Shown here: in pieces, positions 8,879 through 17,887 of the stretch
Layout of the letters: each line of letters opens with the position of its first letter
Numbering within the stretch: position 1 is the first letter of the stretch
Origin: Opitutales bacterium
Lineage (GTDB): Bacteria; Verrucomicrobiota; Verrucomicrobiia; Opitutales; JABSRG01
Direction: 5' to 3'
DNA length: 18,557 nucleotides
NCBI GenBank assembly: GCA_049599475.1
Contig: JBMYOQ010000078.1
Span: forward strand, 1 to 18,557
Translations under genes and position numbers: made by a program
The notes under the pieces: model-generated
The model's database searches: none
What the model was told of the DNA's origin: nothing
What the model saw: only the letters and a program-made list of their open reading frames with translations

Positions 8879-10435
8879 TCACTTTTTCTTTTTCTTTTTC
8901 TTTCGAACCACCTGGGCTGGTGGTTCCGCAGGCACATCATACTGCTCTTTCAAGCGCCCAAGCTGCCCTTTCATTGTCTCGACAGCCGCAGCGTACTCAG
9001 GATTTGAATACTGGTTCTGCATTTCTTGTGGGTCATTCTTGAGATCATAGAACTCCCATTCGTCGATGTCATAGAAATGCATCAGTTTGTAGCGGCCGTC
9101 ATATGCACCTTCGTGGCGTTTTACGCTGTGAGGGCCCGGGAATTCATAGTAATGATAATACAGACCTTCGCGCCAATTCTGCGGATCCTCTCCCTTTAAA
9201 AACGGCACAAGACTTCGCCCCTGCATATCCTCCGGTTCGGCCACACCTCCAATTTCCAAAAAGGTCTGCGCGAAATCCAAATTCGATACAAGCCCACGTG
9301 TCTCACTCCCCTCGGGTGTTTTCCCTGGCCACACAGCGACAAGCGGTGTGCGGAAGGACTCATCATACATAAAGCGCTTATCGAACCAACCGTGTTCACC
9401 CAGATAAAAGCCCTGATCCGATGAATACACGACGATTGTATTGTCAGCCAAGCCCATGTCCTCCAACTGTGCACGAATTTCTCCTACCGAGTCATCAACA
9501 GATTTGATACAACGCAGATAATCTTTGAGGTAGCGCTGGTATTTCCACCGCACTAAGTCGGTCCCCTGCAGATTCGCTTCGTAAAAAGCTTTGTTCTTCG
9601 GCTCGTAGGCCGCATCCCATACCGCCTTCTGCTCGGCATTCATACGCTTAAAGAGGAGTTTGTCTAGCGGACCAGGCTCTCCATTCGGCCCCTTCACCTT
9701 GAGGTCTCCATGCATCCGCATCGTTTTTTCGATCGTCATATCCTGTTCACGTGCAGCCGTACCACGCCCCTCATAATCGTCAAGCAGGGTATCAGGTTCT
9801 GGGATCGTCACATCATCAAACGCATTCAAATACTTCAATGCCGGTGACCATTCACGGTGGGGCGCCTTATGCTGAACCATCAACATGAAAGGTTTTTCGG
9901 AATCGCGCTGCTCAAGCATCCATGTCTTCGCCTTTTCTGTAATCACCTCAGAAGTATATCCCGTGACCCGATAACGCCCCTCTGCATTTATGAAGTCGGG
10001 GTTATAATATGAACCCTGCCCGGGTAGAATATCCCAATGATCAAAACCCGTAGGATCAGATTTCAAGTGCCACTTGCCAATAACCGCCGTTTGGTAACCT
10101 GCTTTCTGGAGGAGTTTTGGAAAGGTCTGTTGCGCACCATCAAAAGTGTCACGGTTTTTCATGAAACCATTCTTGTGGCTATGCTTACCGGTCAAGATCG
10201 ACGCTCGACTCGGGCCGCAGATCGAATTCGTCACCATGCACCGATGAAACAATATACCATCCGCCGCCAACTTATCGAGATGCGGAGTCGGAGCGACCTC
10301 AGCGAGACGCCCACCATAGGCGCTCAAAGCCTGCGTCGCGTGATCATCAGAAAAGATAAACACGATATTAGGTCGACCAGCGACTAAAGAAAACGCTGAG
10401 CAAACAACCAAAATAAGACTAAAATAGATTCTCAT
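8879..10435 (-). CDS. Cys-type S1 sulfatase, N-acetylglucosamine-6-sulfatase-like (resembles S1_11)
   Basis: Signal peptide; [12 protein letters not shown]; FGly motif [43 protein letters not shown]. Subfamily assigned by motif resemblance only. Confidence 0.93.
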   Translation of the reverse strand: MRIYFSLILVVCSAFSLVAGRPNIVFIFSDDHATQALSAYGGRLAEVAPTPHLDKLAADGILFHRCMVTNSICGPSRASILTGKHSHKNGFMKNRDTFDGAQQTFPKLLQKAGYQTAVIGKWHLKSDPTGFDHWDILPGQGSYYNPDFINAEGRYRVTGYTSEVITEKAKTWMLEQRDSEKPFMLMVQHKAPHREWSPALKYLNAFDDVTIPEPDTLLDDYEGRGTAAREQDMTIEKTMRMHGDLKVKGPNGEPGPLDKLLFKRMNAEQKAVWDAAYEPKNKAFYEANLQGTDLVRWKYQRYLKDYLRCIKSVDDSVGEIRAQLEDMGLADNTIVVYSSDQGFYLGEHGWFDKRFMYDESFRTPLVAVWPGKTPEGSETRGLVSNLDFAQTFLEIGGVAEPEDMQGRSLVPFLKGEDPQNWREGLYYHYYEFPGPHSVKRHEGAYDGRYKLMHFYDIDEWEFYDLKNDPQEMQNQYSNPEYAAAVETMKGQLGRLKEQYDVPAEPPAQVVRKKKKKKK

Positions 10436-10529
10436 AATAATTTCTTAGGGGGAAAGCGGTGCCCTGATTAAATATCTCGAACAACGAAACTCAGATTAAG
10501 TGGCAGCAATTTTTAGCAGAACATCGCAT

Positions 10530-10541
10530 TTAATGCATTAA
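10530..10541. promoter_or_regulatory. Perfect palindrome TTAATGCATTAA (candidate operator)
   Basis: 12-bp palindrome ~95 bp upstream of the sulfatase start and ~50 bp upstream of a divergent small ORF. Confidence 0.35.
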
Positions 10542-10589
10542 GTAAACTTTTAAAAATTATCCTGGCTTCTGCGCCCCAAAATAGGAATC

Positions 10590-10679
10590 ATGAAAAAGCT
10601 AAAGACCACTTGCCTACTGATCATGTGGATTGCGGTAAACGTGGTTTGGAGGAATAAGACCCAAATACGCACATCTTAG
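10590..10679 (+). CDS. 29-aa small ORF MKKLKTTCLLIMWIAVNVVWRNKTQIRTS (small membrane peptide or relic of a secreted-protein gene)
   Basis: AGGA just upstream of the ATG; basic N-terminus and hydrophobic core resembling a signal peptide; TAG at 10677-10679. Confidence 0.3.
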   Translation: MKKLKTTCLLIMWIAVNVVWRNKTQIRTS

Positions 10680-10816
10680 AATCTAAGCTCAGCACGAAGG
10701 CAGCAGAGCCCTAACATTACACCGCCATCGTGTTCTTCAAGCTATTTGCATGGGCCGCTCTCGGTCCGCCAGCCTAGACGATAATGACAGAGATGTAAGG
10801 ACCACCTCTTTAGCGG

Positions 10817-10850
10817 AAAACAAAAAAGGCAGCCATACTCGGCTGCCTTT
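10817..10850 (-). terminator. Rho-independent terminator for the 10909-12363 gene
   Basis: AAAGGCAGCC 10825-10834 / GGCTGCCTTT 10841-10850 with a 6-nt loop; the minus strand reads TTTTTTGTTTT after the GC-rich stem; ~60 bp after the stop. Confidence 0.85.
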
Positions 10851-10908
10851 ATATCTTGGTTTGCTATGCTTCCCTTCGAAGCCTCAACAAACTGAAAATG
10901 GAGCGAAA

Positions 10909-12363
10909 CTAGCGTCCGCTGTATTCTCCATATTTGCTGCTGTAATCGTCTACGATATCGATCGCGATTTGATTAAGATCCGCATTGAACCCGTGTTCAT
11001 ATTCATAGGTATCCAGATCTACCCCAAAAATGCCATAGAGCCAGATGAGTTCAGTGACAGCATCCAAAATATCTCCACCGTGCCCCAAGGGGTCCACATA
11101 AATGGATACATCCGCATTCGATTTGCCGCCATCGAATTTGTAAATAATACCATCTTCAGCCAAGTCGCCGTTATCGAACATCTTTTCAAGTTCGAATGCT
11201 CCGAGGCCATAGGGATTGCTCACAAACTCGATTCCTGGGAATTCATCCCGTAGCTTATCAATAATCTTATGGATCACTTTACGAGAGCGAGGCCACATCA
11301 CATCTTCGCGCCATGACAAGCTAATGGTCGCAGGTTCATACGACCACGGTATCGCAATAAAAACCTTTTTCAATGGGTTACCTGCATTGACTGCGTAGTT
11401 TACCCAATTGCGATAACCTTTTACAGAGTCGTACCCTTTGAACTTAGGTAGTTTTATTCCAAGAAATGGATCCGTTTCCGGGAAATAGGTCATACCTAGA
11501 ATTTCAGTTTCACCCTCATCCAGCTTCGCTTTGATCTCAGCACTTTTCTTATCATTATCCCATAAGGCTAATGGGTGTCCTTTAGGTCCGCCGGCAAAGA
11601 ACAGCTCTGATTCAGGTCCGCCATCAACATTATCCTCTGGGAAAATGCCAATTTCTTCATAATGAACCTGCATCATTTGATTAGCGCTCGGACGGAAGAA
11701 ACTATGTCCGAGAAAAGTCGCGACAACATCAGCCTCCTCTTCTACAGGGCCAACCACCGACACATTATCGAAAAGCGCTTTTGTACCGCGTGTTCTTAGA
11801 CCAATATACCCCACGGGGTGATCCTCATTCACAACTTCAAGCAACGTTTCACCCTGCAAGGATACTGAGATAGAAGAGCCAACGACATCGACCTTCAGTG
11901 TATTCCAATCCATTGGCGAATAGCCTGTGCTCGTCGAAGCCAGCGTCGTACGCACTCCGAATACGATCGAATGCAGCTCAAGTTTTCCATCACGTGTCAA
12001 ACGCACTTCATAAAGATTTTTCGGATCGGTAACCCGAAAAACTGCAGACGCGACATAGATTCTCTGCGTCAAGTCACTCGCAGTTGCGAGATCCAAAGAG
12101 TATGTATAATCCGTCCAAGCAGCATCTCCTGAGAACGTCTTTTGTATGCCGCGCTCAAGATCTTGCGCGTATACGCCATCTGCGACAAACCAACCTGAAC
12201 TCGCGTCCCATTCGTTTGCAGGTTCAGAGCCCTCAAAGTCTTCGGAGAGATAAGTTGGCGTCTCAGCTATACTCGCGGTAAATGACAGGAGAGAGAGCGC
12301 TCCTGCCGCAATCAACTGGCGAAACCAGCTTTTTGATTCGGGGTATTTCATGATATTTATCAT
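10909..12363 (-). CDS. Secreted two-domain protein: N-terminal ConA-like beta-sandwich (DUF1080/CBM66-like) plus C-terminal SGNH-like putative esterase domain
   Basis: Signal peptide ending ASIA|E. SEDFEG...W...WTDYTYSLD...WNTLKVDVVGSSI...GYIGLR...ALFDNVSV is a lectin-type jelly-roll pattern. FLGHSFF and YVDPLGHGG follow, homologous to 13858-14886. Alternative start at 12351. Confidence 0.8.
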   Translation of the reverse strand: MINIMKYPESKSWFRQLIAAGALSLLSFTASIAETPTYLSEDFEGSEPANEWDASSGWFVADGVYAQDLERGIQKTFSGDAAWTDYTYSLDLATASDLTQRIYVASAVFRVTDPKNLYEVRLTRDGKLELHSIVFGVRTTLASTSTGYSPMDWNTLKVDVVGSSISVSLQGETLLEVVNEDHPVGYIGLRTRGTKALFDNVSVVGPVEEEADVVATFLGHSFFRPSANQMMQVHYEEIGIFPEDNVDGGPESELFFAGGPKGHPLALWDNDKKSAEIKAKLDEGETEILGMTYFPETDPFLGIKLPKFKGYDSVKGYRNWVNYAVNAGNPLKKVFIAIPWSYEPATISLSWREDVMWPRSRKVIHKIIDKLRDEFPGIEFVSNPYGLGAFELEKMFDNGDLAEDGIIYKFDGGKSNADVSIYVDPLGHGGDILDAVTELIWLYGIFGVDLDTYEYEHGFNADLNQIAIDIVDDYSSKYGEYSGR

Positions 12364-12501
12364 TGGTATTTGTTGGGTGAGTAGCTTTGCGCTGCACGCG
12401 TACAGGCATGCGCAAAAACCACAGAGATTCAGGTAAAAGAGGTGCCCGCTCTAACCACAGGCATGGACTGTCACGACGACCGGAACAATCCGGCGACATA
12501 G

Positions 12502-12765
12502 TTACTTCTTCGCTTTCTTGAGTGCCACGCGAAGCTCTTCCATATCGAGTTCGCCATCAGAATTCGCATCTGCTTTTTTGAAGCTTTTCTTCACCTTCCG
12601 GTTCGCTTTTGCTTCGTCCTTAGAAATCGTCTCGCTCTCGTCTGTATCGAGCTCCGCCATCAACTCTTCAGCGGACAGACTTTTCTTATTTACGAGACCT
12701 TCGCCGTGAACGGTTACGGAGAATATAAAAACTGATAGAATAAAAACCAGAACGTTGTTTCTCAT
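12502..12765 (-). CDS. Small secreted EF-hand pair protein
   Basis: Signal peptide; two EF-hand loops DTDESETISKDE and DANSDGELDMEE; basic tail KKAKK. Confidence 0.85.
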   Translation of the reverse strand: MRNNVLVFILSVFIFSVTVHGEGLVNKKSLSAEELMAELDTDESETISKDEAKANRKVKKSFKKADANSDGELDMEELRVALKKAKK

Positions 12766-13025
12766 AGGGGTAGAGGAATTTTATTAGGTGAGTTCATCCA
12801 CAGGCCTCGGCTTGCGATGAGGGGTTTGTTGAATGTGCCCAGAATATACCAAAATCTGAGAAATACTGTTCACGATTAAGCGCCAAACCGCATCACATAG
12901 GCGTCTATCAGTGAGATTTGGGATCTATCCTATGGTATTTACAAAATAGTAAGGTTCCCTCATCCGAATTGATCGATAATTGAATCTCTTTAGGCCCTTT
13001 TCTCAAAATAGCCTTCACACAAAAA

Positions 13026-13113
13026 TGGTAGGGCGAACCGTCTCGGTGAGCCGTTGCAGTTATCTGCAACTGGACTTAAGCTCAGCGGCTCACCGAGACG
13101 GTTCGCCCTACCA
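13026..13113. repeat. REP doublet (REPIN-like), family A, intact
   Basis: Perfect 28-bp inverted repeat TGGTAGGGCGAACCGTCTCGGTGAGCCG 13026-13053 / 13086-13113. Each arm is GTAG plus an imperfect hairpin (GGC-ga-ACCG-tct-CGGT-ga-GCC). The 32-bp spacer has its own hairpin TTGCAG-ttat-CTGCAA. Confidence 0.92.
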
Positions 13114-13153
13114 ACGTGTTTTGAGATCAAAACCGATGAGAATCGGTGTCTTA

Positions 13154-13861
13154 TTAGCGGTGGCTTTCAATCAACTGTATCGCCGACTTTGCTAAACGTT
13201 CCCCGAAAATCACATACCCTTCGTCGGTGTAATGAAGCGCGTATTTCCAGGGTTTTCCATTTTTCCGGGTGCCGTCGTTCAGGTCGTCTGTATCGACCCA
13301 AGCTCCACGTGAATCTGCGTCAGCGACCGCGACATGCGCATTACGCACTGCTCTCCATGCCGGATTTTCTCCTTTTGCGAATCCAGAATCACTCAGGCGG
13401 CCGATGACAAAATTCAGCGAGTCGCGCCCCAGATCATCTTTGAGCTGTTCAATCAATCCACGCAGACTTTGTTCATAAAATTCTCCGAGACCTTCCTTGG
13501 CATCCCGCTCCCCTTGCATCCACAAAAATGTGATGCTCGCATAGGACTTGGTATCCACACCTTCCAGCTGTGCCATAAGGCGGTCGTAGATATCTCCGAT
13601 CTCGAAGGCGTCCTCATCTGTGCCACCGAATTCCCACCCCTTATACCAGCGGCGTATGGGTTGGCCTTTTTGAGCGACTTTGATAACCGTCACATTCTCA
13701 CTTCCAAAGGCCTCACGAATTGCGGGCGTAAACGACTTTAGAGGATCCATGCGCGCCATATTCGACTGTCCCGAAAGCAGAAACAAGTGCTTGTCTGCTC
13801 CAGAGCTTACCAAAACCCCGCACATAGAGAGGAGCACATAGATGAAGTACGCTAGCTTCAT
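13154..13861 (-). CDS. SGNH esterase of the SASA (sialate O-acetylesterase) / CE6-like family
   Basis: Signal peptide; LFLLSGQSNM (block I); LWMQGERDA (block III); FVIGRL; LHY near the C-terminus. ATGA overlap with the upstream gene. Confidence 0.9.
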   Translation of the reverse strand: MKLAYFIYVLLSMCGVLVSSGADKHLFLLSGQSNMARMDPLKSFTPAIREAFGSENVTVIKVAQKGQPIRRWYKGWEFGGTDEDAFEIGDIYDRLMAQLEGVDTKSYASITFLWMQGERDAKEGLGEFYEQSLRGLIEQLKDDLGRDSLNFVIGRLSDSGFAKGENPAWRAVRNAHVAVADADSRGAWVDTDDLNDGTRKNGKPWKYALHYTDEGYVIFGERLAKSAIQLIESHR

Positions 13862-14886
13862 TGTACAGTAGGATCGTTATCGACAATGTTCTGAGCGAGC
13901 GAGCGAGTATCGAATTTTGTCATACGCTGAATAGCATATTTTTCCAAGTCGATCCCATAAAGCACCCTCAGCCAAAGGAGGGCTCCATCCTGGACAGCGA
14001 GCTGCCCGCCATGCCCATGATTATCGCGAAACAAAGCAGATTTCGATTCATTGCGGTCGGCTGCGATGAGCTCCGTCAATTCAGGTAAGTCTCCGGCTTC
14101 GTAGAGTTTCCACAACTCGAGCATCCATTCATTTTGAGGCACGCGCAAAATTGTAGAGTTCGGGTATTTTTCACGCAGAACCTCTATCAATTGACTCGAG
14201 CTAGAGGTTATTTTCTGCGCTTCTTGACTGTATTCTTCAAAGGTCTTTTCACGCTTCTCAGGCCATGGAGACTGAATGACAAAAACAGTATCAGGATTAT
14301 GCTCTATAGCTAGATCCATCCATTTTTGATAGTCCTTTAGCTCACTGCCGACATAGTGAGCGGTCATCGCCAGAAGTTCGACGCCTCCCGTACGAATCAA
14401 TTCTTTGGCCGGAGCACTCGCCTTTTCGTTACTCCAAAGCCGCCCAGGGCTGCCACTAGGCCCTCCATTAAATACAGTAAACTGTTGATGGTCCGTTAAG
14501 CCCAAGCGGTAAGCGTGAGATCCAATTTGGCTAACGATCGGAACGAAATAACTGTGCCCAATAAAGAGGCTATTATAACCGCTTTTTCGGGCATCAGCGG
14601 GATCGCCTGCTGGGCGAGTAAACTTGAAGGATTCAGCTGCCTCTACTTCCGAAGATTCCAAATACTCGGAGAGCTGCGGAAGCCTCTTTAAGAGCATCCT
14701 CTGAACCCTTGCTGGCATCGACGGATACGTCTCGGCAATTTCCTCCATCGAGACCTCTCCATCCGAATTTAGATCCATCTGCGGCATTACCGAGATGACT
14801 CGAGACTGGATTTCTGCAGGGATTTCTTGTGACTGTAGCCCCGATACCAGAGCTAATGACGTGAGGATGATTTTGGATAATCGCAT
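13858..14886 (-). CDS. Secreted protein: EF-hand plus SGNH-like putative esterase domain
   Basis: Signal peptide; EF-hand loop DLNSDGEVSMEE; FIGHSYF and FRDNHGHGG; homologous to the C-terminal domain of 10909-12363. Confidence 0.8.
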   Translation of the reverse strand: MRLSKIILTSLALVSGLQSQEIPAEIQSRVISVMPQMDLNSDGEVSMEEIAETYPSMPARVQRMLLKRLPQLSEYLESSEVEAAESFKFTRPAGDPADARKSGYNSLFIGHSYFVPIVSQIGSHAYRLGLTDHQQFTVFNGGPSGSPGRLWSNEKASAPAKELIRTGGVELLAMTAHYVGSELKDYQKWMDLAIEHNPDTVFVIQSPWPEKREKTFEEYSQEAQKITSSSSQLIEVLREKYPNSTILRVPQNEWMLELWKLYEAGDLPELTELIAADRNESKSALFRDNHGHGGQLAVQDGALLWLRVLYGIDLEKYAIQRMTKFDTRSLAQNIVDNDPTVQ

Positions 14887-14933
14887 AGAAATATGTTTAT
14901 TAAATTCCGGAGGCCCAACGGGGAAATTCTAGA

Positions 14934-16340
14934 TTACTTCTTCTTTCCGCGACGGACCGATGGAAGCATTTCAAATGTAGGTAAAATTGCTGATAGTTCC
15001 TTCACTACCGAACTATATTCCGGGTTGGCCGCTAAGTTATTCCATTCGTTGGGGTCCTTAACCGAATCGTATAGCTCCATAGCCCCATCCGAGTATCGAA
15101 TCAGTCGGTACTGGTGTGTTCTTACAGCGATATGATCTTTGTAGGCGGAGAACACCGGGTAATCATGCGGTGTATCCACATTTTTGAGTAAAGGTAGCAG
15201 AGATCGGCCTTCGACATGTCCGGGAGTCGGATTGCCAGTTAATTCCATCAAGGTTGGGTATAAATCCATGAGTGACACTGGGGTTCTCGACACTTGATTG
15301 GGACGCGTGACTCCGGGAGCCCTCACCATAAATAATACATTCGTTCCATCCTCCCACAGAGTGCTCTTCTGCCAGTGGAGTTTTTCGCCGACATGGAACC
15401 CATGATCACTGATCAATACGACGATGGTATTGTCCTTGTAGGGGCTGGCCTCGAGGGCATCTAGAACACGCCCCATCTGAGCATCCGCATATGTGGTCGT
15501 CCCGAGATAGGCTTGAACGGCCTTACGATACTGACCCTTTGCGATCGCTTGTTGATAAGTACCTGAGATCAGATCGACACCCTTCTCCGGGATATCTTCT
15601 AAATCATTATCTAAAACAGGAGGAAGCGTAATCTCATCTTCTGGATACATTTCCAAATATTTTTGTGGTATCCACCAGGCCATGTGCGGGAGGAACAAGC
15701 CACAAGCAATTAGGAAGGGTTTATCATGGTCCTTCTGCAGAGCCTCAATAGCTGCATCTGCTTTGAGCGTATCATTCATCTCGCTCTCATCCAAATGGGT
15801 AGGCCCCCAGTCTCTCTCGGTCACGCCTTTAGCGGTTCGTTTCGCTATTCCATTGAAAGGTGCATTGGGAGGCGGAGGGTCGCGACGATGGGCAAACCGT
15901 ACATCCGGGTCGATCCCGAGATCATAGCCGTGGCTAATCTTACCGGATTGGACAATGTAATAGCCTTTATTTTGGAAGACTTCGAAGAAACTCTGAGAAG
16001 CCAGCAGCTCCGGACTTTTCTTAAGATCCAGGGCGTTTTCCGTATGCCCCGATGTCCAGGGCGCGACTCCTGACAAGAAGGCCGTGCGCGAAGGTGAACA
16101 TTTCGGGCTGGCCGTGTAGGCACGCTTAAAATTCACACCACTCTTGGCCAAGGCATCTATATTCGGCGTTACGACTTTTCCTGCGTATCGCCCTGCTCGT
16201 TCTAATTGCCATGTATTGAGATCATCGATGATCAAGAGCAAGACATTGGGAGCATCACCTTGCTTTAGGTCGGCCAAGAGAGGCGTTGCTCCTAAAATTG
16301 CTGAAAGTGCACAGGTGAAAATTTTAGATAATGAATTCAT
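14934..16340 (-). CDS. Cys-type S1 sulfatase, iduronate-2-sulfatase/choline-sulfatase-like (resembles S1_7)
   Basis: Signal peptide; PNVLLLIIDDLN; KCSPSRTAFLSG; GKISH; KPFLIACGLFLPH; SDHGFHVGEKLHWQKSTLWE. Confidence 0.92.
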   Translation of the reverse strand: MNSLSKIFTCALSAILGATPLLADLKQGDAPNVLLLIIDDLNTWQLERAGRYAGKVVTPNIDALAKSGVNFKRAYTASPKCSPSRTAFLSGVAPWTSGHTENALDLKKSPELLASQSFFEVFQNKGYYIVQSGKISHGYDLGIDPDVRFAHRRDPPPPNAPFNGIAKRTAKGVTERDWGPTHLDESEMNDTLKADAAIEALQKDHDKPFLIACGLFLPHMAWWIPQKYLEMYPEDEITLPPVLDNDLEDIPEKGVDLISGTYQQAIAKGQYRKAVQAYLGTTTYADAQMGRVLDALEASPYKDNTIVVLISDHGFHVGEKLHWQKSTLWEDGTNVLFMVRAPGVTRPNQVSRTPVSLMDLYPTLMELTGNPTPGHVEGRSLLPLLKNVDTPHDYPVFSAYKDHIAVRTHQYRLIRYSDGAMELYDSVKDPNEWNNLAANPEYSSVVKELSAILPTFEMLPSVRRGKKK

Positions 16341-16363
16341 ATGGCTTTTAATAATATGGGCCT

Positions 16364-17887
16364 TTAGTTCTTATTGGCGCGCCGTGCCTCTCGTTCAGCT
16401 CGAAGGGCGCGCCTTTCTTCTTTGCTCAAACGCGGCGCAGGAGGCTTCCATCCAGGCTTAAGCTGAGCGAAGGTGTCATAGAGAGCCTGATACTCCGGCA
16501 TCGAATCCCACATGTCATGACGCTGCGGTTGCAACACGCGCCCCTCGGGATAATCTTTGCCTTCGGCACTCGCCAGAATCGAAGTCTGAAATTGTGCTGC
16601 CTCTGCAGTCATACTTTCGAAACGCTCGGGCAGCGTTCCGGACAGGTCGGAAGATTCCGCGGGGTCTTCCGCTAAATTATAAAGCTCCCATTTGCTCGCC
16701 TTCCCGGCTCCATTGCGCACGAGCTTATAATGACCATCGATCAGGGCAAAGCCCTTGGATGAAAAAGGGATATTCTTTGTGCGGGTGAATTCTCGCCCAG
16801 CGATCAATGGAACAAGGCTCTCGCCATCCACCACATCCAGCATGGAATCTTCAGGTAGATTCAGGAGATCAATAATGGTCGGCATCATATCCATGGTCGA
16901 TGCGGGCACATCCGTCACCATGGGTTTCTTGATCGCGGCCGGCCAATCAATGATACCGGGCACCCGGATTCCGCCTTCATACAGGGACCCTTTGAGGCCG
17001 CGTAAGCCAGCCATTGCGTTGGGATCGTGATCGCGACCACCATTGTCGCTGCAAAACCATATGAGCGAATTATCCCTGAGGTCCATTTTTTCGAGACCGT
17101 CTCTGAGCATCCCAATACTCCGATCCATTCCAATAATTTCTCCGTAGAGTGAGGCCTCGAAATTACTCAATTCTGGCGAGAGGCCTTCAAGGTCTTGCGG
17201 CTCAGCGGTGTATGGCCAGTGCGGAGACCCATACCAAAGGACAATGAACAGCGGCTCCTTTTGGTTTTGCTCAATGAAGTTCAGCGCGGCTTCCACCATC
17301 AATACAGACGACTCCCCCTCCAAATAGACGATTTCGCCATTGTGGGTCATCAGCGGGTTCATCTCGATGTAATTGGTCGCCGATAACCATTCGTCGAACC
17401 CATAGTGTTTCGGACCGTTGGGATCATCGGGCAAGATCGGCATGGCCGACCCCTGAACACCGCCCAGGTGCCATTTTCCGTAGTGAGCAGTCTTATAACC
17501 CGCTTTCTGGAGCGCTTGGGGAAGTGTTTTTTCCTGGAGAACTAAGCGTTTATGGAGCGAGGGCACCCCCGTGCGTGCAGGCGTCCGGCCGGTCAATACT
17601 GAGGCACGCGTCGGCGAGCAAATAGGTGATGCCGCGTAAAAGCGATCAAAGCGAATACCCTCACGTGCCATCTGGTCGAGGTGCGGTGTTTTCCCTTTAA
17701 GATGCGGGTGGTCCATGTAGCCGACCTGCCCCCACCCTTGATCATCCGACATGATCAAGATGATATTCGGGCGTCGAAGATCGGACATTCCCGATAAGTT
17801 TGCACTGAAGAGAAGAGCTCCTAAACAAACCAGCGCCAACACGTGCATCGGGCTAATAGGTATAGGGGAGCGTTTTGGGTGGGTCAT
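16364..17887 (-). CDS. Cys-type S1 sulfatase, arylsulfatase/GalNAc-6-sulfatase-like
   Basis: RPNIILIMSDDQGW; ICSPTRASVLTG; GKWHLG; SDNGG; GLKGSLYEGGIRVPGII. Start placed at ATG 17887 (alternative ATG 17848) ahead of the hydrophobic signal segment. Confidence 0.92.
   Translation of the reverse strand: MTHPKRSPIPISPMHVLALVCLGALLFSANLSGMSDLRRPNIILIMSDDQGWGQVGYMDHPHLKGKTPHLDQMAREGIRFDRFYAASPICSPTRASVLTGRTPARTGVPSLHKRLVLQEKTLPQALQKAGYKTAHYGKWHLGGVQGSAMPILPDDPNGPKHYGFDEWLSATNYIEMNPLMTHNGEIVYLEGESSVLMVEAALNFIEQNQKEPLFIVLWYGSPHWPYTAEPQDLEGLSPELSNFEASLYGEIIGMDRSIGMLRDGLEKMDLRDNSLIWFCSDNGGRDHDPNAMAGLRGLKGSLYEGGIRVPGIIDWPAAIKKPMVTDVPASTMDMMPTIIDLLNLPEDSMLDVVDGESLVPLIAGREFTRTKNIPFSSKGFALIDGHYKLVRNGAGKASKWELYNLAEDPAESSDLSGTLPERFESMTAEAAQFQTSILASAEGKDYPEGRVLQPQRHDMWDSMPEYQALYDTFAQLKPGWKPPAPRLSKEERRALRAEREARRANKN

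Noticed and set aside
10750..11253. 167-aa plus-strand ORF
   Set aside because: Mostly antisense to a well-supported gene, runs through its terminator and has no recognisable motifs.
12364..12501. Riboswitch between the EF-hand gene and the lectin-esterase gene
   Set aside because: An imperfect hairpin (TTTGCGC...GCGCAAA) and a short ACAGGCATG repeat are present, but I recognise no riboswitch consensus and no expression platform.
12980..13407. Short plus-strand ORFs over the REP doublet
   Set aside because: They are translations of the repeat and of the antisense strand of the esterase gene.
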